A stretch of 64,000 nucleotides of DNA from Methanobacteriota archaeon (GCA_963787255.1 CAWBCJ010000025.1:96001-160000), one strand, 5' to 3'. Shown: positions 21,012 to 34,093, counted from the first letter of the stretch. Numbers and translations: made by a program. The notes: generated from the letters alone by a model not told the origin.

Positions 21012-21527
21012 ATGCCAATATTGAAAGATAATGAAAGGGAACAGTTACGACAACTGGTTAAGGCGTGTCTGCTGGAAATAAGTAAATTAAAAATTGAGCA
21101 TAAGAAATTTCAGAATGAATCTAAAAATTCTATCAAACTGGAAAAAGGGCATGTTAATGAAAAGAATAAGCAAATAGAAGAGCTTGAAAATCTTTTAAAG
21201 GAGAATGAAGCAGAAATTAGGAAGTTAAAGGCTGTTATTAAAGAAAAAGATGCTCAATTGGAGGAAGGTAAAAAAATTAAGCTTTATTTTGATGCGCTTA
21301 CTGCCAGGCCAAAAAAGGACCTTACTTCTTTTCAGTCGCAGATTTATCAGTTATTAAGTACAGATAAAAGCATTATTGAAGATCATTATAAACAAATAAT
21401 AGATATTGGATTTACAGAACTTTCTTTAGATAATTTTAACAGTATTTTAAGGAATTTAGAGAGAAAAGGTTATATTAAATCTGTTAAAGAAGATGGAACG
21501 GTTTTTTGGGTAAAAATTGAGAAATAA
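21012..21527 (+). CDS. Coiled-coil protein with C-terminal winged-helix-like domain
   Basis: K/E heptads at about residues 20-90; LTSFQ.QIY.LL...LRNLERKGYI...W. Confidence 0.7.
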   Translation: MPILKDNEREQLRQLVKACLLEISKLKIEHKKFQNESKNSIKLEKGHVNEKNKQIEELENLLKENEAEIRKLKAVIKEKDAQLEEGKKIKLYFDALTARPKKDLTSFQSQIYQLLSTDKSIIEDHYKQIIDIGFTELSLDNFNSILRNLERKGYIKSVKEDGTVFWVKIEK

Positions 21528-21647
21528 TAGGTTCATTTTTTCACTTTTTTAAAATGTTATTTATTTTTAAATTTTTTTTTTATTGCCTCTAAAAATGTAT
21601 TTATACATCCCGATAAAGAATTATATTAAAAAAAGGGAGGTATTTTT

Positions 21648-22436
21648 ATGGATGTTGGGGATTATTATTCTAAATCAGTTAATGATTTTAAAGAAAATCT
21701 AAATATTGCAATTCCATCTCTTGTGGGAATTGTTTTGACATTTGTAATAGTAATTGTAGCTGTTTTAATAGGTGTTTTTGGAGCTTATTTTAGTTCAATA
21801 AATGCGAATTTAGCTACTCTAAATTTAGCTTTAGTAGCTATTTTTGTTTTATTAATTGGAATAGCGGTTATACTTTCACTTTTTATAAGTTCTTTTATCT
21901 ATGCTGCTACTATTGGGATGGCTAAAAAGATAATAGAAGGAAAAAAGCCTGATTTAAATGTCGCCTGGAAATATGGAAAAAAATATTTCCTTAAAATTTT
22001 AGCAGTAGTCATCATTATATTTATTCTGTATTTGTTACTTGCTATACCTGCATTTTTAGGTTTAATCCTTTTGAATATCTCATCTACAATTGGTTTGGTT
22101 ATTCTTGTTCTTGGAATTATTATATTGATTGTGGGAGCAATTTTTATGACCTTAGCTTTAATGGTAGTAAATCAAGCAATTGTAGTGGGTGAAAAATCTA
22201 TTATTAGCGCAATAAAGGATAGTTACAAGGTATTCATGAACAATAAGTTACAGGTATTTTTAGTGGGTTTAATTAATTTTGTTATTGGATTGGCGGTAAG
22301 CTCTTTAGGATTTATTCCTTATGTAGGATGGCTTTTAAACATAATTGCAGAGATAGTACTGATTCCTTTCTTTGCATTGGTTGTTACATATCTATATATG
22401 GATCTTAAGGGTAAGTTACCACAATATGAATATTAA
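21648..22436 (+). CDS. Multi-pass membrane protein of unknown function
   Basis: About 6 TM helices; AIK.SY and IPYVG motifs; GGGAGG RBS. Confidence 0.75.
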   Translation: MDVGDYYSKSVNDFKENLNIAIPSLVGIVLTFVIVIVAVLIGVFGAYFSSINANLATLNLALVAIFVLLIGIAVILSLFISSFIYAATIGMAKKIIEGKKPDLNVAWKYGKKYFLKILAVVIIIFILYLLLAIPAFLGLILLNISSTIGLVILVLGIIILIVGAIFMTLALMVVNQAIVVGEKSIISAIKDSYKVFMNNKLQVFLVGLINFVIGLAVSSLGFIPYVGWLLNIIAEIVLIPFFALVVTYLYMDLKGKLPQYEY

Positions 22437-22458
22437 ATGTTAATTAATAGAATTTCTG

Positions 22459-22510
22459 TACATTCAATAACTATTAAAATGAGTTATTGATTGTAATTTT
22501 ATTTTTAATT
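22459..22510 (+). terminator. Hairpin plus T-rich tract after the 21648..22436 gene
   Basis: TCAATAACT-N9-AGTTATTGA (22464-22490) followed by T-rich sequence. Confidence 0.4.
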
Positions 22511-22720
22511 TCAATTATATATCATAAACAAAATTTAATCTATGATTATACTAATTCCAAACGAAATTAAGAATTAAATTTAAATAAATATGAATTTAAT
22601 AAAGAAATAAGCATTATTAAATGCTTTGATAATTAAAATTATAGAAAATTAATCATATTCATTGTATTATTTAACTCCCTACTCCCTAGTTTGCTTTTAA
22701 ATCAATAAAATTTCAAAATA

Positions 22721-22736
22721 GGAAATTATTTATATA
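22721..22736 (+). promoter_or_regulatory. BRE/TATA promoter of the thermosome gene
   Basis: GGAAA followed by TTTATATA, about 45 nt before GTG 22781; GAGGTGA RBS at 22771. Confidence 0.5.
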
Positions 22737-22780
22737 ACCTCTAACCCATTGATTAACTACAAAACAATAGAGGTGATAAT

Positions 22781-24418
22781 GTGGCACAATTAGGTGGTGG
22801 AAACCAACCGATATTAATTTTACCAGAAGGTACTAACAGATTTTTAGGTAGAGATGCTCAAAGAATGAACATTATGGCAGGGAAAGCCCTAGCAGAAACA
22901 GTAAGAACAACCCTTGGCCCAAAGGGAATGGATAAAATGCTCGTAGATGGATTAGGCGACATTGTAGTTACAAACGATGGAGTAACAATCCTTAAAGAAA
23001 TGGATATTGAACATCCAGCAGCAAAAATGCTTGTTGAAGTTGCAAAAACCCAGGAAGATGAAGTAGGGGATGGAACAACAACAGCAGTTATTATAGCTGG
23101 AGAATTACTCAAAAAAGCTGAAGATCTCCTTGATATGGATATCCATGCAACAATAATCGCTATGGGTTACAGACAAGCAGCAGAAAAAGCTCAAGAAATA
23201 TTAAACGTTATTTCAATCGACGCTGACGACAGAGACACTCTTTTAAAAGTTGCAATGACCGCAATGACAGGTAAAGGAACCGAAAAGGCTAGAAAACCAC
23301 TAGCAGAACTCATTGTAGCTGCTGTTAAACAAGTAGAAGAAGACGGCGAAATTGATAGCGATCATATTAAAATAGAGAAAAAAGACGGCGCAGTTGTAGA
23401 CGAATCAGAACTCGTTCAAGGTGTAATAATCGACAAAGAAAGAGTACACCCTGGAATGCCGGCAAAAATCGAAGACGCAAAAATAGCACTCCTAAACTCA
23501 GCAATAGAAGTTAAAGAAACAGAAGTAGACGCAGAAATCAGAATCACAGACCCAGCACAAATGCAAGCTTTCATTGAACAGGAAGAACAGATGATCAGAA
23601 ACATGATTAACAAAGTTGAAGACTCTGGTGCAAATGTTTTATTCTGCCAAAAAGGTATTGACGACCTTGCACAGCACTATCTGGCAAAAGCAGGTATAAT
23701 GGCTGTTAGAAGAGTTAAAAAATCCGACATGGAAAAACTTGCTAAAGCAACCCGTGCAAAAGTTGTAACCAACATTGAAGATCTATCTTTCAGTGACCTT
23801 GGAGAAGCTGGAAAAGTAGTAGAAAAGAAAATCTCCGGCGAAGACATGATATTTGTAGAAGGATGCAAAGATCCTAAAGCTGTAACAATATTAGTTAGAG
23901 GTTCAACAAAACACGTTGTAGATGAAATCGAAAGAGCAGTTGACGACGCAATTGGCGTAGTTGCAGCAACAGTAGAAGACAAAAAAGTTGTAGCTGGTGG
24001 AGGAGCACCTGAAATCGCAATATCCAAAGGATTAAAAGAATATGCAGACTCCATAACTGGCAGAGAACAATTAGCTGTTTCCGCATTTGCAGAAGCTCTT
24101 GAAATTGTTCCAAAAACACTCGCTGAAAACGCTGGATTAGACAGTATTGATGCTTTAGTTGATTTAAGAGCAGCACACGAAAAATCTCTTTACATGGGAT
24201 TAGATGTTTTCGAAGGTGATGTACGAGATATGTACAGAGCTGGTGTTGTCGAACCTATGAGAGTTAAAAAACAGGCTATTCAATCCGCTGCAGAAGCTGC
24301 AGAAATGATCCTCCGTATTGACGACGTTATCGCATCAACAGGTGCTGGTAGAGGCGGCGAAATGGAAGGAATGGAAGGTATGGGCGGTATGCCTGGTGGA
24401 ATGCCTCCAATGATGTAA
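22781..24418 (+). CDS. thsB: Thermosome (group II chaperonin) subunit, probably beta
   Basis: [23 protein letters not shown]-rich tail; alpha/beta assignment from recalled synteny only. Confidence 0.9.
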   Translation: MAQLGGGNQPILILPEGTNRFLGRDAQRMNIMAGKALAETVRTTLGPKGMDKMLVDGLGDIVVTNDGVTILKEMDIEHPAAKMLVEVAKTQEDEVGDGTTTAVIIAGELLKKAEDLLDMDIHATIIAMGYRQAAEKAQEILNVISIDADDRDTLLKVAMTAMTGKGTEKARKPLAELIVAAVKQVEEDGEIDSDHIKIEKKDGAVVDESELVQGVIIDKERVHPGMPAKIEDAKIALLNSAIEVKETEVDAEIRITDPAQMQAFIEQEEQMIRNMINKVEDSGANVLFCQKGIDDLAQHYLAKAGIMAVRRVKKSDMEKLAKATRAKVVTNIEDLSFSDLGEAGKVVEKKISGEDMIFVEGCKDPKAVTILVRGSTKHVVDEIERAVDDAIGVVAATVEDKKVVAGGGAPEIAISKGLKEYADSITGREQLAVSAFAEALEIVPKTLAENAGLDSIDALVDLRAAHEKSLYMGLDVFEGDVRDMYRAGVVEPMRVKKQAIQSAAEAAEMILRIDDVIASTGAGRGGEMEGMEGMGGMPGGMPPMM

Positions 24419-24467
24419 TAGAATTACATCAATCTCTTTTTTTATTTTTAAAATTAAAACTTTATAG

Positions 24468-25502
24468 TTAAATTTTGATTCTGATAATTTTATCGTCTCC
24501 AGATTGTGGAATACCTCTACCATCCTGATTGGAGGTGGAAATGTATAAATAGCCATTGTGTTCAACGACTTCCCTGATTCTTCCAAGATTAGTAAATAGT
24601 GCTTCTTCACCTGTTACTGTTTTACCATCTGATGAGAGACTAATTTTACGTAATTGGGAACCACGCAATCCAGCAACATATAGAGCACTGTTATAATATG
24701 CTATTCCTGATGGAGCAAGTGTAAAGTCTGTATAAAATGTTAATGGTTTAATATAGCCTTCAGGTGAGTTGTTTCCTTCATAATTAGGCCATCCATAATT
24801 ACCGCCTTTTACAATGATATTTATTTCATCATTTCTTGATTGTCCATGTTCTGAAGAGTACATTTCTTTTGTTATGGGGTTCCATGTGATTCCTTGAGGA
24901 TTTCTATGTCCATATGAATAAACATAGTTTCCAAAGGGGTTGTCGGATGGAATTGAACCGTCTTTATTTAATCTAAGTATTTTACCCTGGAGTGAATTAG
25001 TATTTTGTGCTTCGGGGCGGTTAGTGGCATCTCCGGTTGTTACGTATAATTTTCCATCCGGTCCAAATTTTATGCGTCCGCCGTCGTGAATTTGGGCACT
25101 GGGAATATTATCAATAATTATAGTTTCATTTTCTAATTTTTCATTTAATATGAATCTTGATACTCTATTTCCATTTTGTGCAGTGTAGTATATATATACA
25201 TATTTGTTTTCGGTGAAGTTTGGATCAACTGCAATTCCTAGCAATCCAGACTCTCCCATTTGGTCGACATTAATGTTTCCTACTGATTTAACAGTGCCAT
25301 TATCTAAGATACTTACTTCTCCCTCACGTTGGGTAAATACTATTTTATCATCTGGAAGAAAATCTAGGGCCCATGGTGTGTCTAGATTTTGTGCAAGGAT
25401 TTCTTGATTTCCTTGAGGGTTAGCGGGGTTTGAAATAGTAAAAAATAGAATTAAAATGGCAATAATAATGATTAATGGTATTAATAGGAGCTTTTTATTC
25501 AT
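24468..25502 (-). CDS. PQQ-dependent aldose sugar dehydrogenase (GSDH beta-propeller), membrane-anchored or secreted
   Basis: PWALDFLPD, GESGLLGIAVDP, HDGGRIKFGPDG.LYVTTGD, YGHRNPQG, GGNYGWP; N-terminal hydrophobic helix. Confidence 0.88.
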   Translation of the reverse strand: MNKKLLLIPLIIIIAILILFFTISNPANPQGNQEILAQNLDTPWALDFLPDDKIVFTQREGEVSILDNGTVKSVGNINVDQMGESGLLGIAVDPNFTENKYVYIYYTAQNGNRVSRFILNEKLENETIIIDNIPSAQIHDGGRIKFGPDGKLYVTTGDATNRPEAQNTNSLQGKILRLNKDGSIPSDNPFGNYVYSYGHRNPQGITWNPITKEMYSSEHGQSRNDEINIIVKGGNYGWPNYEGNNSPEGYIKPLTFYTDFTLAPSGIAYYNSALYVAGLRGSQLRKISLSSDGKTVTGEEALFTNLGRIREVVEHNGYLYISTSNQDGRGIPQSGDDKIIRIKI

Positions 25503-25538
25503 TTTCGAACACATTTTTTTTAAATCTTTTAATACTGT

Positions 25539-26012
25539 TTATTTATTTTTTATTTTTATTATAAGTTTTGAAATAATGCCTCCTATATATCCAAAAATAA
25601 ATCCAAATGCTCCTAATGGAATAAGATAAATTAAAAATACTATTATGTATCCTAATGGTCCAAGGGTAACTATTACCTCAGAAGATGTTGGTATTTTTAC
25701 CATTCCTGCTGTGTATATGAATATCATCATTATTATCACGACGATAATTCCACTTAGTCCTCCATAAATTTCATTTCTTTTTTTAGATGTTATGATGATG
25801 GTGGTGACAAATCCAGATATGATTAAGGAGATTATCCAGGCTGTAAAATTCCATGAAGAATTTGAGATGAAAAATAGGATGTTTGTGGTATTAAATTCTG
25901 AAATAATAATAAATGGGTCGATAATGTACATTTTGAATATTAAGGAGGCAATTAATCCAGTAATAACTCCAGTTATTAGAGCTATCCTTATGCTTTGCAT
26001 CGTTAAATTCAT
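25539..26012 (-). CDS. DUF5518-like membrane protein
   Basis: 4 TM helices; GFIFGYIGGII C-terminus. Confidence 0.6.
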   Translation of the reverse strand: MNLTMQSIRIALITGVITGLIASLIFKMYIIDPFIIISEFNTTNILFFISNSSWNFTAWIISLIISGFVTTIIITSKKRNEIYGGLSGIIVVIIMMIFIYTAGMVKIPTSSEVIVTLGPLGYIIVFLIYLIPLGAFGFIFGYIGGIISKLIIKIKNK

Positions 26013-26245
26013 TTTTTTTATCCTTTAAAAATTAATTAATCACTCATTTTGTTATTTAAAATATTTAAATTTTTATTACTAAATTATTTTTAAACAAGAT
26101 TTTATTCTTTAATTCGTTATTATGGTTCTAAAAAGATGTTAATTAAATGAATGCCCTTTTTTAAAATTTTGTTTTTAAATTTTCAGTAAGAAAAAAAGCA
26201 AATAATTTAATAATAATTTGAGTATAAGTAATATAATATATTTGG

Positions 26246-27742
26246 GTGGTGAAATTCTTGGATCAATACAAAATGTTCTTACAAAGAATGGGATTAATAG
26301 GAGCCTCAAACTTTCTAGTGACCATAACACCAATAATACTTCTCCCAATTTTAACCCAAAACCTTTCCATTGCAGACTACGGTGTATGGGTCCAATTTCA
26401 AATCACCATCACACTCGTCCCTTCAATTGCAATCCTTGGACTACCATATACCATGGTTAGATTTATGGCAACATCAAAAAGTAGAGAAGAAATACAAGAA
26501 TCATTTTATTCATTCTTATTTTCAGTAACAATTGCAGGTCTAATCGCTGCACTAGTACTCTTTCTTCTTGCAGAACCCATCTCTAACGCATTATTCAATG
26601 GAAATTTGATTGTAGGAATTATTTTACCTATAACTGCACTAATGACAGCACTAATGCTCCTTTTCTTTGATTTTTTCAGAGCATTTAACCAAATGACAAA
26701 ATATGCAATTTTAACAACCCTACAAGCATATATGGTAGTGATTTTTGTTGCAGCATTTGTATTTGCAGGATTTGGCATAATTGGGGCAGTAACAGGAATT
26801 TTAATTACACAAACACTAATTTCTTTAATAATGTTTGTATTAGTACTAAGACAAATTGGATTTAAGATTCCTAAATTTAAAAATTTAAGAGAATATCTAG
26901 CCTTCGGATTACCAACAGTCCCAAGTAATGCATCATTTTGGGTTTTAGACGCATCAGATCGTTATGTAATTGGATTAATCCTTGGTATAAGTGCTGTTAG
27001 TTTTTATTCTGCAGGATACACCATAAGTGCTTTAATGGCGCTTCTTACAGCTCCTCTCTATACAGTTCTGCTGCCAATTCTATCCCAATACTACGCTGAA
27101 AGAAAAATAAGAGAAACAAGATTTCTTTTAAATTACTCCATAAAACTATATCTAGTCATAGCCGTACCTACTGTGGTTGCATTATCTGTTCTTGCAAAAC
27201 CTTTACTTTACATATTGTCCACACCAGCTTTAGCAGATGTAGGATATGTAATAACTCCTATTCTTGCATTAGGAGGATTAGTATTTGGTCTTTACTGCAT
27301 CGTAACACAGATAATAGTTATGGAAAGAAGAACTAAGATTACGGGTTATATCTGGATAATTTCTACTATATTAAATATTGTTTTAGATATTGCCTTTGGA
27401 TATTTATTTGGAATTATTGGAATTGCAGTTACTACCCTTCTTATCTACCTATTCGCATTTTTAATTACTTCCTACTATTCATTTAAGTATATAAGATGTA
27501 ATTTCTATTTTGGATTTATAGCTAAAGTGACAATTGCAGCAACAATCATGGCTGTATTTTTATTTTTAATAAACCCATTCGGCGCTTTAAATGTCGTTTT
27601 AGGAGGATTAATATCATTTAGTTTATACATCTTAATTCTCTGGCTACTTAAAGGAATAAAAACAGGAGAAATCAAGTTTTTCATTGGACTTATAAAAGAA
27701 GCACTCTTAAATGCTTATAAATTATTAAGAGGTCTTAGCTGA
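26246..27742 (+). CDS. Polysaccharide flippase (Wzx/MOP family)
   Basis: DYGVW...LGLP...RF, SDRYVIG..LG...V.FYSAGY; 12-14 TM helices. Confidence 0.85.
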   Translation: MVKFLDQYKMFLQRMGLIGASNFLVTITPIILLPILTQNLSIADYGVWVQFQITITLVPSIAILGLPYTMVRFMATSKSREEIQESFYSFLFSVTIAGLIAALVLFLLAEPISNALFNGNLIVGIILPITALMTALMLLFFDFFRAFNQMTKYAILTTLQAYMVVIFVAAFVFAGFGIIGAVTGILITQTLISLIMFVLVLRQIGFKIPKFKNLREYLAFGLPTVPSNASFWVLDASDRYVIGLILGISAVSFYSAGYTISALMALLTAPLYTVLLPILSQYYAERKIRETRFLLNYSIKLYLVIAVPTVVALSVLAKPLLYILSTPALADVGYVITPILALGGLVFGLYCIVTQIIVMERRTKITGYIWIISTILNIVLDIAFGYLFGIIGIAVTTLLIYLFAFLITSYYSFKYIRCNFYFGFIAKVTIAATIMAVFLFLINPFGALNVVLGGLISFSLYILILWLLKGIKTGEIKFFIGLIKEALLNAYKLLRGLS

Positions 27743-27787
27743 AATATAAATTAAAAAAAGAACAAATAACATATGGGGATAAAAAAA

Positions 27788-28147
27788 ATGTCTATATTAA
27801 AAAGAAGTACAAAAAAAGATTTTGAAGACATAGAACCTAAAGAAGCTTTTACTATACTTGAAAAACATAGAAATGATTCTGATTATGTCCCGTTAGATGT
27901 GAGAACTCAAAAAGAATATGATGAGGGGCATATTGAGAATGCAACATTTTTAAACATTAAATCAAAGAATTTTGAGGAAGAGTTGAATAAATTAGATAAA
28001 AATAAAAAATATTTTGTTTACTGTAAAAGAGGGCCTAGAAGTGATAAAGCTGCTCGATTGATGAAAAAACATGGATTTAATGAGATATATGAGATTGTGG
28101 GCGGATTTGATAAATGGAAATCTAAAAGATTGCCTGTTGAAAAATAA
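27788..28147 (+). CDS. Rhodanese-like domain protein
   Basis: LDVRT..EY..GHI, VYCKRGPRS, GGF..W. Confidence 0.9.
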   Translation: MSILKRSTKKDFEDIEPKEAFTILEKHRNDSDYVPLDVRTQKEYDEGHIENATFLNIKSKNFEEELNKLDKNKKYFVYCKRGPRSDKAARLMKKHGFNEIYEIVGGFDKWKSKRLPVEK

Positions 28148-28270
28148 AAGCTAGAATTATCAAAAATTCAACCCATCTAATGCAATTTGGCAGTCCAGAA
28201 AAACAACTTATTCTAGGACTTTAAAAAAAGGATTGCAAATAATAGTTGAAGTAGAGTGTCTAAAAAAAAT

Positions 28271-28305
28271 AAGTAATTTTACAGCATATCCCGCTGTAGT
28301 TACTT
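28271..28305. terminator. Stem-loop between convergent rhodanese and thiolase genes
   Basis: AAGTAA..TACAGC-ATATCCC-GCTGTA.TTACTT flanked by A and T tracts. Confidence 0.5.
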
Positions 28306-28318
28306 TTATTTTATTTGT

Positions 28319-29482
<1,164 letters not shown>

Positions 29483-29553
29483 CTAATATAAAAACCTGTT
29501 TTTTTTATAAAATGATTTTTTTTTGTAAATTAAATAATTTAATTAAATTAATT

Positions 29554-30594
29554 TTATGCCATTTTCAGTTTACCTTTAAATTTGGCGTACATGGCGTAAT
29601 CAACGTAGCTTTTCTTTTCTACTAATTCTGTGACTTTAGGCGCGTGATCTCTTCTTTCTTCTATTTTATCGTTAACAGTTATGCTGAATGCATCGCTTCC
29701 TGCACCTGATCCATATGATACTGCGAGAATTCTATCTCCTGGCTGTGCAATATCTAATATAGCTGCTAATCCTAATGGAGTAGCACCAGAATAAGTGTTT
29801 CCTATAACTGGAGTTAAAAGCCCAGTTTTCGACTGTTCACTGTTAAATCCAAGCTTTTTAGCAGCTTTAAGGTAGAATTTACCATTAGGCTGGTGGAATA
29901 CTGCATGATCGTAATCTGATGCTTCAGTTCCCATTTTTTCAAACATTCCCTTTGCTGCAGACAACACATGTTTAAAGTAGGCTGGTTCTCCTGTGAACCT
30001 TCCACCATGTCTTGGGTATGGTTTTCCTTCTCTTCTGTAGAAATCTGGTGTGTCTGTAGTAAAACTGTAAGTTCCTTCAATATCAGCAATGGTGTTTTCA
30101 TTTCCAATAACGTAAGCAGCCCCTCCTGCGGATGCTGTGTATTCTAAAGCATCTCCTGGAGCGCCCTGTGCTGTATCTGCACCGACTGCTAATCCATAAT
30201 CGATAATACCTGAATCTACCATTCCCATACAAATTTGCATTCCTGCAGTACCGGCTTTACATGCAAATTCTAGATCTGCCGATGTCAGATGTGGTGATGC
30301 ACCAACTGCTTCTGCTACAATAGTTGCTGTAGGTTTCACAGCGTAAGGGTGTGATTCTGATCCAATATAAACTGCCCCAATCCTTTGAGGGTCTATCATT
30401 GATCTTTTAATTGCGTATCTTGCTGCTTCCACCGAAATGGTTGCAGTGTCTTCATCGGGAGCTGGAACAGACTTTTCCTGTACAACAAGCCCTCTAGAAA
30501 TAGCATTAGGGTCATCTCCCCATACTTTGGCTATTTCTTCAACTTTTATTCTATATGAAGGTATATAAACTCCATATCCTACTATTCCTGCCAT
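29554..30594 (-). CDS. Hydroxymethylglutaryl-CoA synthase
   Basis: [40 protein letters not shown]. Confidence 0.94.
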   Translation of the reverse strand: MAGIVGYGVYIPSYRIKVEEIAKVWGDDPNAISRGLVVQEKSVPAPDEDTATISVEAARYAIKRSMIDPQRIGAVYIGSESHPYAVKPTATIVAEAVGASPHLTSADLEFACKAGTAGMQICMGMVDSGIIDYGLAVGADTAQGAPGDALEYTASAGGAAYVIGNENTIADIEGTYSFTTDTPDFYRREGKPYPRHGGRFTGEPAYFKHVLSAAKGMFEKMGTEASDYDHAVFHQPNGKFYLKAAKKLGFNSEQSKTGLLTPVIGNTYSGATPLGLAAILDIAQPGDRILAVSYGSGAGSDAFSITVNDKIEERRDHAPKVTELVEKKSYVDYAMYAKFKGKLKMA

Positions 30595-30879
30595 TTATTA
30601 TCACTACCTGCAAATAAACAATTTTAAGATTTATTTTATATTTTTAGTATGTAAATGTTAGTTAAATTTTTAAAGTATGTAAATGTTTTTTAAAAGTTAA
30701 ATAAAAAAAATATAACTCTATTCATAATATTTTAAAAGTTAGTTACATGATATTGCTAATAAGATGTTTATAAAGTTTACTATAAAAATAAATTAAAAAA
30801 AATAATGAACAACGCTTAATTTCAATTATTAAGGCCTTAATATTTCATTTATCAAAAAATAGATATTATATAAAGATAA

Positions 30880-31110
30880 TTAGACTTTAAGTTGAACATA
30901 CAAAATTTTAGTCCCTTTTATAAACTCTATACCTACTGCAGTTTCAATAGCAACGTTTAAGTAATTATCTATTGCTAACAGCCGCCCATCTTTGGTTTCA
31001 CTGTCTTTTTGCCGTACCTGAACATCTTTATTCTGAAATTGTCTAAGCTGTCTGTGAAGCGGATTTTCTTTCTTCTCTTCTGATTTGGCTGCTATTATTT
31101 TTCCTCTCAT
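30880..31110 (-). CDS. Sm/Lsm-like small RNA-binding protein
   Basis: Sm1 NK.V.V..K......G.L.AID.YLN and Sm2 FIKG.KI.YV. Confidence 0.75.
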   Translation of the reverse strand: MRGKIIAAKSEEKKENPLHRQLRQFQNKDVQVRQKDSETKDGRLLAIDNYLNVAIETAVGIEFIKGTKILYVQLKV

Positions 31111-31274
31111 TATATCATCTCTTGATTAAATAATTAAAAGTATCAATGCTGAAATTTATTTTTATTATTATATAATTATTTCCATCCTTTAAATAATAAT
31201 AGAAACTATTTTCAATAGCATAACAGGATTACAGTTTCTTATCCTGAAAACATCTAATTTAAATTAATAAAAAA

Positions 31275-31979
31275 TTAAATATATTGCGATTGCCAGCTGT
31301 AACGCTCTTCTTTCCAGGGATCACCCCGCATATGATATCCGTTAGACTCCCAAAATCCAGGTTTATCTTCTACCATAAATTCCACTCCAGTTACCCATTT
31401 AGCACTTTTCCAAAAATACAATCTAGGAACAACAAGTCTTACAGGTCCGCCATGGCATTTAGTTATTGGAATACCATTATGATTGGCAACGAACAAAACA
31501 TCATTTTCAAAGAAATCTTCAATAGGCAAATTAGTTGTAAAATTTCCAGACGCATGAACCATTACATATTTTGCCTCTGGTAGAATATTGACGACTTCTT
31601 TGATTTTAGAGGTACTAACACCTTCCCACAGATTATTCAATTTGGACCATGATGTTACGCAGTGAATATCTGAAAATACTCTATTCATGCCCAAAGAGAT
31701 GAATTCTTCATAATCAAGCTCTCTTTCTTCTTTTACAAGTCCAAATATCTTAAATTTCCATTTTGAAGTGTCAATTTTTTGTACCCCTCCGGCATGCAGA
31801 ACAGGCCAAGATTTAGTTTCATGTTGACCCGGAGGTATTCTATTTTCTCTTTTAGTATCCTCACTTATAATCACACTTTTATCAGATAAAATTTCATTTA
31901 TTTCCTTTTCAGTGAGGCTGTTATCAGGTTTTATTTTGTCTTTAACGCTGCTGTATAATCTTTTCATCTCCCATATCAC
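31275..31979 (-). CDS. Sulfite-oxidase-like molybdopterin oxidoreductase
   Basis: [50 protein letters not shown]. Confidence 0.9.
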   Translation of the reverse strand: MIWEMKRLYSSVKDKIKPDNSLTEKEINEILSDKSVIISEDTKRENRIPPGQHETKSWPVLHAGGVQKIDTSKWKFKIFGLVKEERELDYEEFISLGMNRVFSDIHCVTSWSKLNNLWEGVSTSKIKEVVNILPEAKYVMVHASGNFTTNLPIEDFFENDVLFVANHNGIPITKCHGGPVRLVVPRLYFWKSAKWVTGVEFMVEDKPGFWESNGYHMRGDPWKEERYSWQSQYI

Positions 31980-34093
31980 CTGTTTTCTATTTTTTCTGCA
32001 TTTAATAATTTCATTAAAGCATTTAAATCGCTTGTTGGAGATTTACAAGTACCTTCTGAGCAAACGTAAGCTGTAGCATTATCATTCTCCATTTTTTTAG
32101 GTTCAAGAGCAGGAATAATTTTTACTAATTCAGAAGTTTCATCAACTGAACGTAAAACAAGGGTTTTGTTTGGAATAAAATTCATTCTGATAGCATCAAT
32201 TAAAGTCTCTGTTCCAGGATCTTCTTTATTTCCCGCGATTACTATTTCATATGAGGGCCCAATTCTAAAATCAAGTGCACAAAGGAAACCTGTAAAACCT
32301 GTTGGTATTTGCTGGATTGTCTGTGAAAAAGCCTTCTCGAGAAGAAGTGCTTTATTTTTAAATTCTTCATTTTCAGTTAACTGAGCGATTTTAAGTAAAT
32401 TCAGAAACATTATTGAATTTCCAGATGGAATAGCCCCGTCATAAATCTCTTTTTTCCTTACAAGCACTTCCTCACCATCATCCGGTGTAAAATAAAAACC
32501 TCCATTTTCACCATCCCAGAAATGATCAAACAGCGTTTCATTTAGTGATAAGGCAAACTTAAGGTAATTTACATTAAATGAGGCCTCAAAGAGCTCTAAA
32601 AGGCCGTAAATCATGAATGCATAATCATCAAGATGCCCATCAATTGCAGACTCTCCTTCCCTGAATCGGTGCAATAAACGCTTGTTTTCGTGCATTTTGT
32701 TATTAATGAAATCTGCTGCATCAATTGCGGCTTTTAAATATTTTCCTTCTCCAAATACCTGTGCCCCTTTTGTAAGTGAAGCAATCATCAGCCCATTCCA
32801 GTCTGTAAGTATTTTATCATCTTTATGGGGATGAATACGTTTTTCCCGGTGTTCAAATAATTTTTTTCTGATTTTTTCTAACCTTATTTCCAAATCTTCC
32901 CTTGAAAAACCAAATGTTTCTGCCATATCGTCAATGGAGTTTTCAAGATGCAATATATTCATCCTAGTTTTTTCACCAGTTGCTTCTTCTTTGAAATTAC
33001 CTTCTTCAGTTACACCAAACACTTTAGATACGAATTTACCCTCTTCTTCGCCTAGTATATCTAAAAGTTCCTTTTTTGTCCAAACATAGAATTTTCCTTC
33101 AACTCCTTCACTATCAGCATCTTCTGCAGAATAAAAACCACCTTCTGACGATTTCATATCTCGCAGGATGTATTCAAAGATTTCAAATGCAATATTTTTG
33201 TATTTTTCATCCTCAGTTGCCTGGAAAGCTTCAACATATGCTGCAGAAATCATGGCCTGATCGTAAAGCATTTTTTCGAAGTGTGGAACCAGCCATTCTT
33301 GATCCACGGAATAGCGATGAAATCCAAAGCCTAATTGATCATAAACTCCTCCGTTCCGCATTGAATCAAGGGTTTCAGTCACCATATCCAGAGCTCTTTG
33401 CTTTCCTGAACGTTTCCAGTAGCGCATTAAAAATAAAAGATTGTGCGCAGCTGGAAATTTAGGAGTACTTCCAAAACCACCGTGAATATCGTCAAAATTA
33501 TCTGAAAGACTATTGTAACATGTATCAAGTACATTCGGATTTAGCTCCTCCCCTGATGAGGTATCAGAAATCTTTTTGAGCGCATCAATAAGCGTATCAG
33601 CTGAGGCAGTAATTTCCTCTGGTTTTGTATTCCAGAGTTCTTTAACGTTTAAAATAAGATCTTTTAGTCCAGGTCTTCCGTAACCGCTTTCTTTGGCAAA
33701 GTATGTTCCTGCAAAAAAAGGTTTTTTATCAGGAGTCATAATAATTGTTAATGGCCATCCTCCGCTTCCTGTCATCAACTGACAAACAGTCATGTAAATA
33801 TTATCAAGATCTGGTCTTTCTTCGCGGTCTACCTTTATTGAAACAAATGTATCGTTCATTAATCGTCCGATTTCTGGATCTTCAAAGGATTCATGAGCCA
33901 TAACATGACACCAGTGACACGTTGAATATCCTATAGATAAAAATATGGGTTTATTTTCAAATTTTGCCTTTTTAAAGGCTTTATCGCCCCAGGGGTACCA
34001 GTCAACTGGATTATGCACGTGCTGGATTAAATAAGGGCTTTTTTCATTAACAAGGTGGTTAATATAGTTTGAATTATTATTTTCAGGACTCAT
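31976..34093 (-). CDS. YyaL/DUF255 (SPATA20-like) thioredoxin-domain protein
   Basis: [43 protein letters not shown]. Confidence 0.92.
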   Translation of the reverse strand: MSPENNNSNYINHLVNEKSPYLIQHVHNPVDWYPWGDKAFKKAKFENKPIFLSIGYSTCHWCHVMAHESFEDPEIGRLMNDTFVSIKVDREERPDLDNIYMTVCQLMTGSGGWPLTIIMTPDKKPFFAGTYFAKESGYGRPGLKDLILNVKELWNTKPEEITASADTLIDALKKISDTSSGEELNPNVLDTCYNSLSDNFDDIHGGFGSTPKFPAAHNLLFLMRYWKRSGKQRALDMVTETLDSMRNGGVYDQLGFGFHRYSVDQEWLVPHFEKMLYDQAMISAAYVEAFQATEDEKYKNIAFEIFEYILRDMKSSEGGFYSAEDADSEGVEGKFYVWTKKELLDILGEEEGKFVSKVFGVTEEGNFKEEATGEKTRMNILHLENSIDDMAETFGFSREDLEIRLEKIRKKLFEHREKRIHPHKDDKILTDWNGLMIASLTKGAQVFGEGKYLKAAIDAADFINNKMHENKRLLHRFREGESAIDGHLDDYAFMIYGLLELFEASFNVNYLKFALSLNETLFDHFWDGENGGFYFTPDDGEEVLVRKKEIYDGAIPSGNSIMFLNLLKIAQLTENEEFKNKALLLEKAFSQTIQQIPTGFTGFLCALDFRIGPSYEIVIAGNKEDPGTETLIDAIRMNFIPNKTLVLRSVDETSELVKIIPALEPKKMENDNATAYVCSEGTCKSPTSDLNALMKLLNAEKIENR

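Noticed and set aside
24355-24418. GGM-type repeats at the thermosome 3' end
   Set aside because: Normal chaperonin C-terminal tail.
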